A stretch of DNA of 64,000 bases from Minisyncoccota bacterium. Lineage in GTDB: Bacteria; Patescibacteriota; Minisyncoccia; Phycocordibacterales; UBA9973. A program made the position numbers and the translations under genes. Where the stretch lies: assembly GCA_021734995.1 (NCBI GenBank), contig JAIPHX010000002.1:16189-80188 (forward strand), read 5' to 3'. The notes beneath the pieces were generated by a model that was not told the DNA's origin, searched no databases, and saw only the letters and a list, made by a program, of their open reading frames with translations. Below are positions 63,495-64,000 of this stretch, piece by piece (position 1 is the stretch's first letter; every line of letters begins with the position of its first letter).

Positions 63495-64000
63495 ATGTTG
63501 CAATATAATGAAGTGCGAGAAAAAAAGATAATTATTTACGATGATGAACCCTGCGAAGTAGTAGATTCTCATGTAGCTCGTACTCAGCAAAGGAAACCTC
63601 AAAACCAAGTAAAACTAAAAAGTTTGATCTCTGGCAAAACAATCTCCGCTACTTTCCATGTATCTGACACCGCAGATGAAGCTGATATTGAAAAAAAAGA
63701 AGTTAAATTCCTTTATGAAAACAAAGGAGAGTATTGGTTTTGTGATATTGATGACCCAAAAAATCGCTTCCAGCTCAGCAGTGCTATTATTGCTGACTCT
63801 GGAAAATTTCTAAAATCAAACGAAAATGTTTCTGTAATGGTATGGGATAACGATGGTGAAGAGCAGATCATCAAGCTTGCTCTTCCTATCAAAATGGAAT
63901 TTAAAGTAAAAGAGGCCCCACCTGCTGTGCGTGGAGATACTTCTAAAAGTGGAAACAAGGTAATTACTCTAGAAAATGGAACTACTCTAAATGCTCCTAT
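63495..64000 (+). CDS. efp: Elongation factor P (truncated by the window end)
   Basis: MLQYNEV..EPCEVV..VKLKSLISG..EAPPAVRGDT..K..LENG. Confidence 0.9.
   Translation, partial: MLQYNEVREKKIIIYDDEPCEVVDSHVARTQQRKPQNQVKLKSLISGKTISATFHVSDTADEADIEKKEVKFLYENKGEYWFCDIDDPKNRFQLSSAIIADSGKFLKSNENVSVMVWDNDGEEQIIKLALPIKMEFKVKEAPPAVRGDTSKSGNKVITLENGTTLNAP

Overview
AT-rich bacterial chromosome segment read with standard code 11. Gene content and style point to a Patescibacteria/CPR genome, probably Parcubacteria (inference): tRNA-Ile(UAU), many apparently leaderless genes, a VirD4-like ATPase and an S-layer-like protein. In order, it holds: a CsoR-CopA copper operon; a decayed cargo region behind tRNA-Ser; recG; an intein-containing ftsH; smpB-ssrA; a ~7.4 kb element integrated at the tmRNA 3' end; an ECF sigma cluster; infC-rpmI-rplT; ndk; a Wzm/Wzt GDP-fucose glycan cluster; an S-layer-like gene; hicBA; ftsK; an intein-containing recA; and a partial efp. 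The integrated element carries a large serine recombinase whose C-terminus is swapped by integration, a MerR-like gene, a 76-bp-period repeat array, a c4/CI-like structured RNA, an extra PD-(D/E)XK nuclease and a Lamassu/ABC-3C defence system. Other strong leads are small convergent structured RNAs behind two ribonuclease-like genes and a polarity-switching GGACA/TGTCC array inside a wHTH gene near ftsK. All calls come from motif recognition by eye; no database searches were run.
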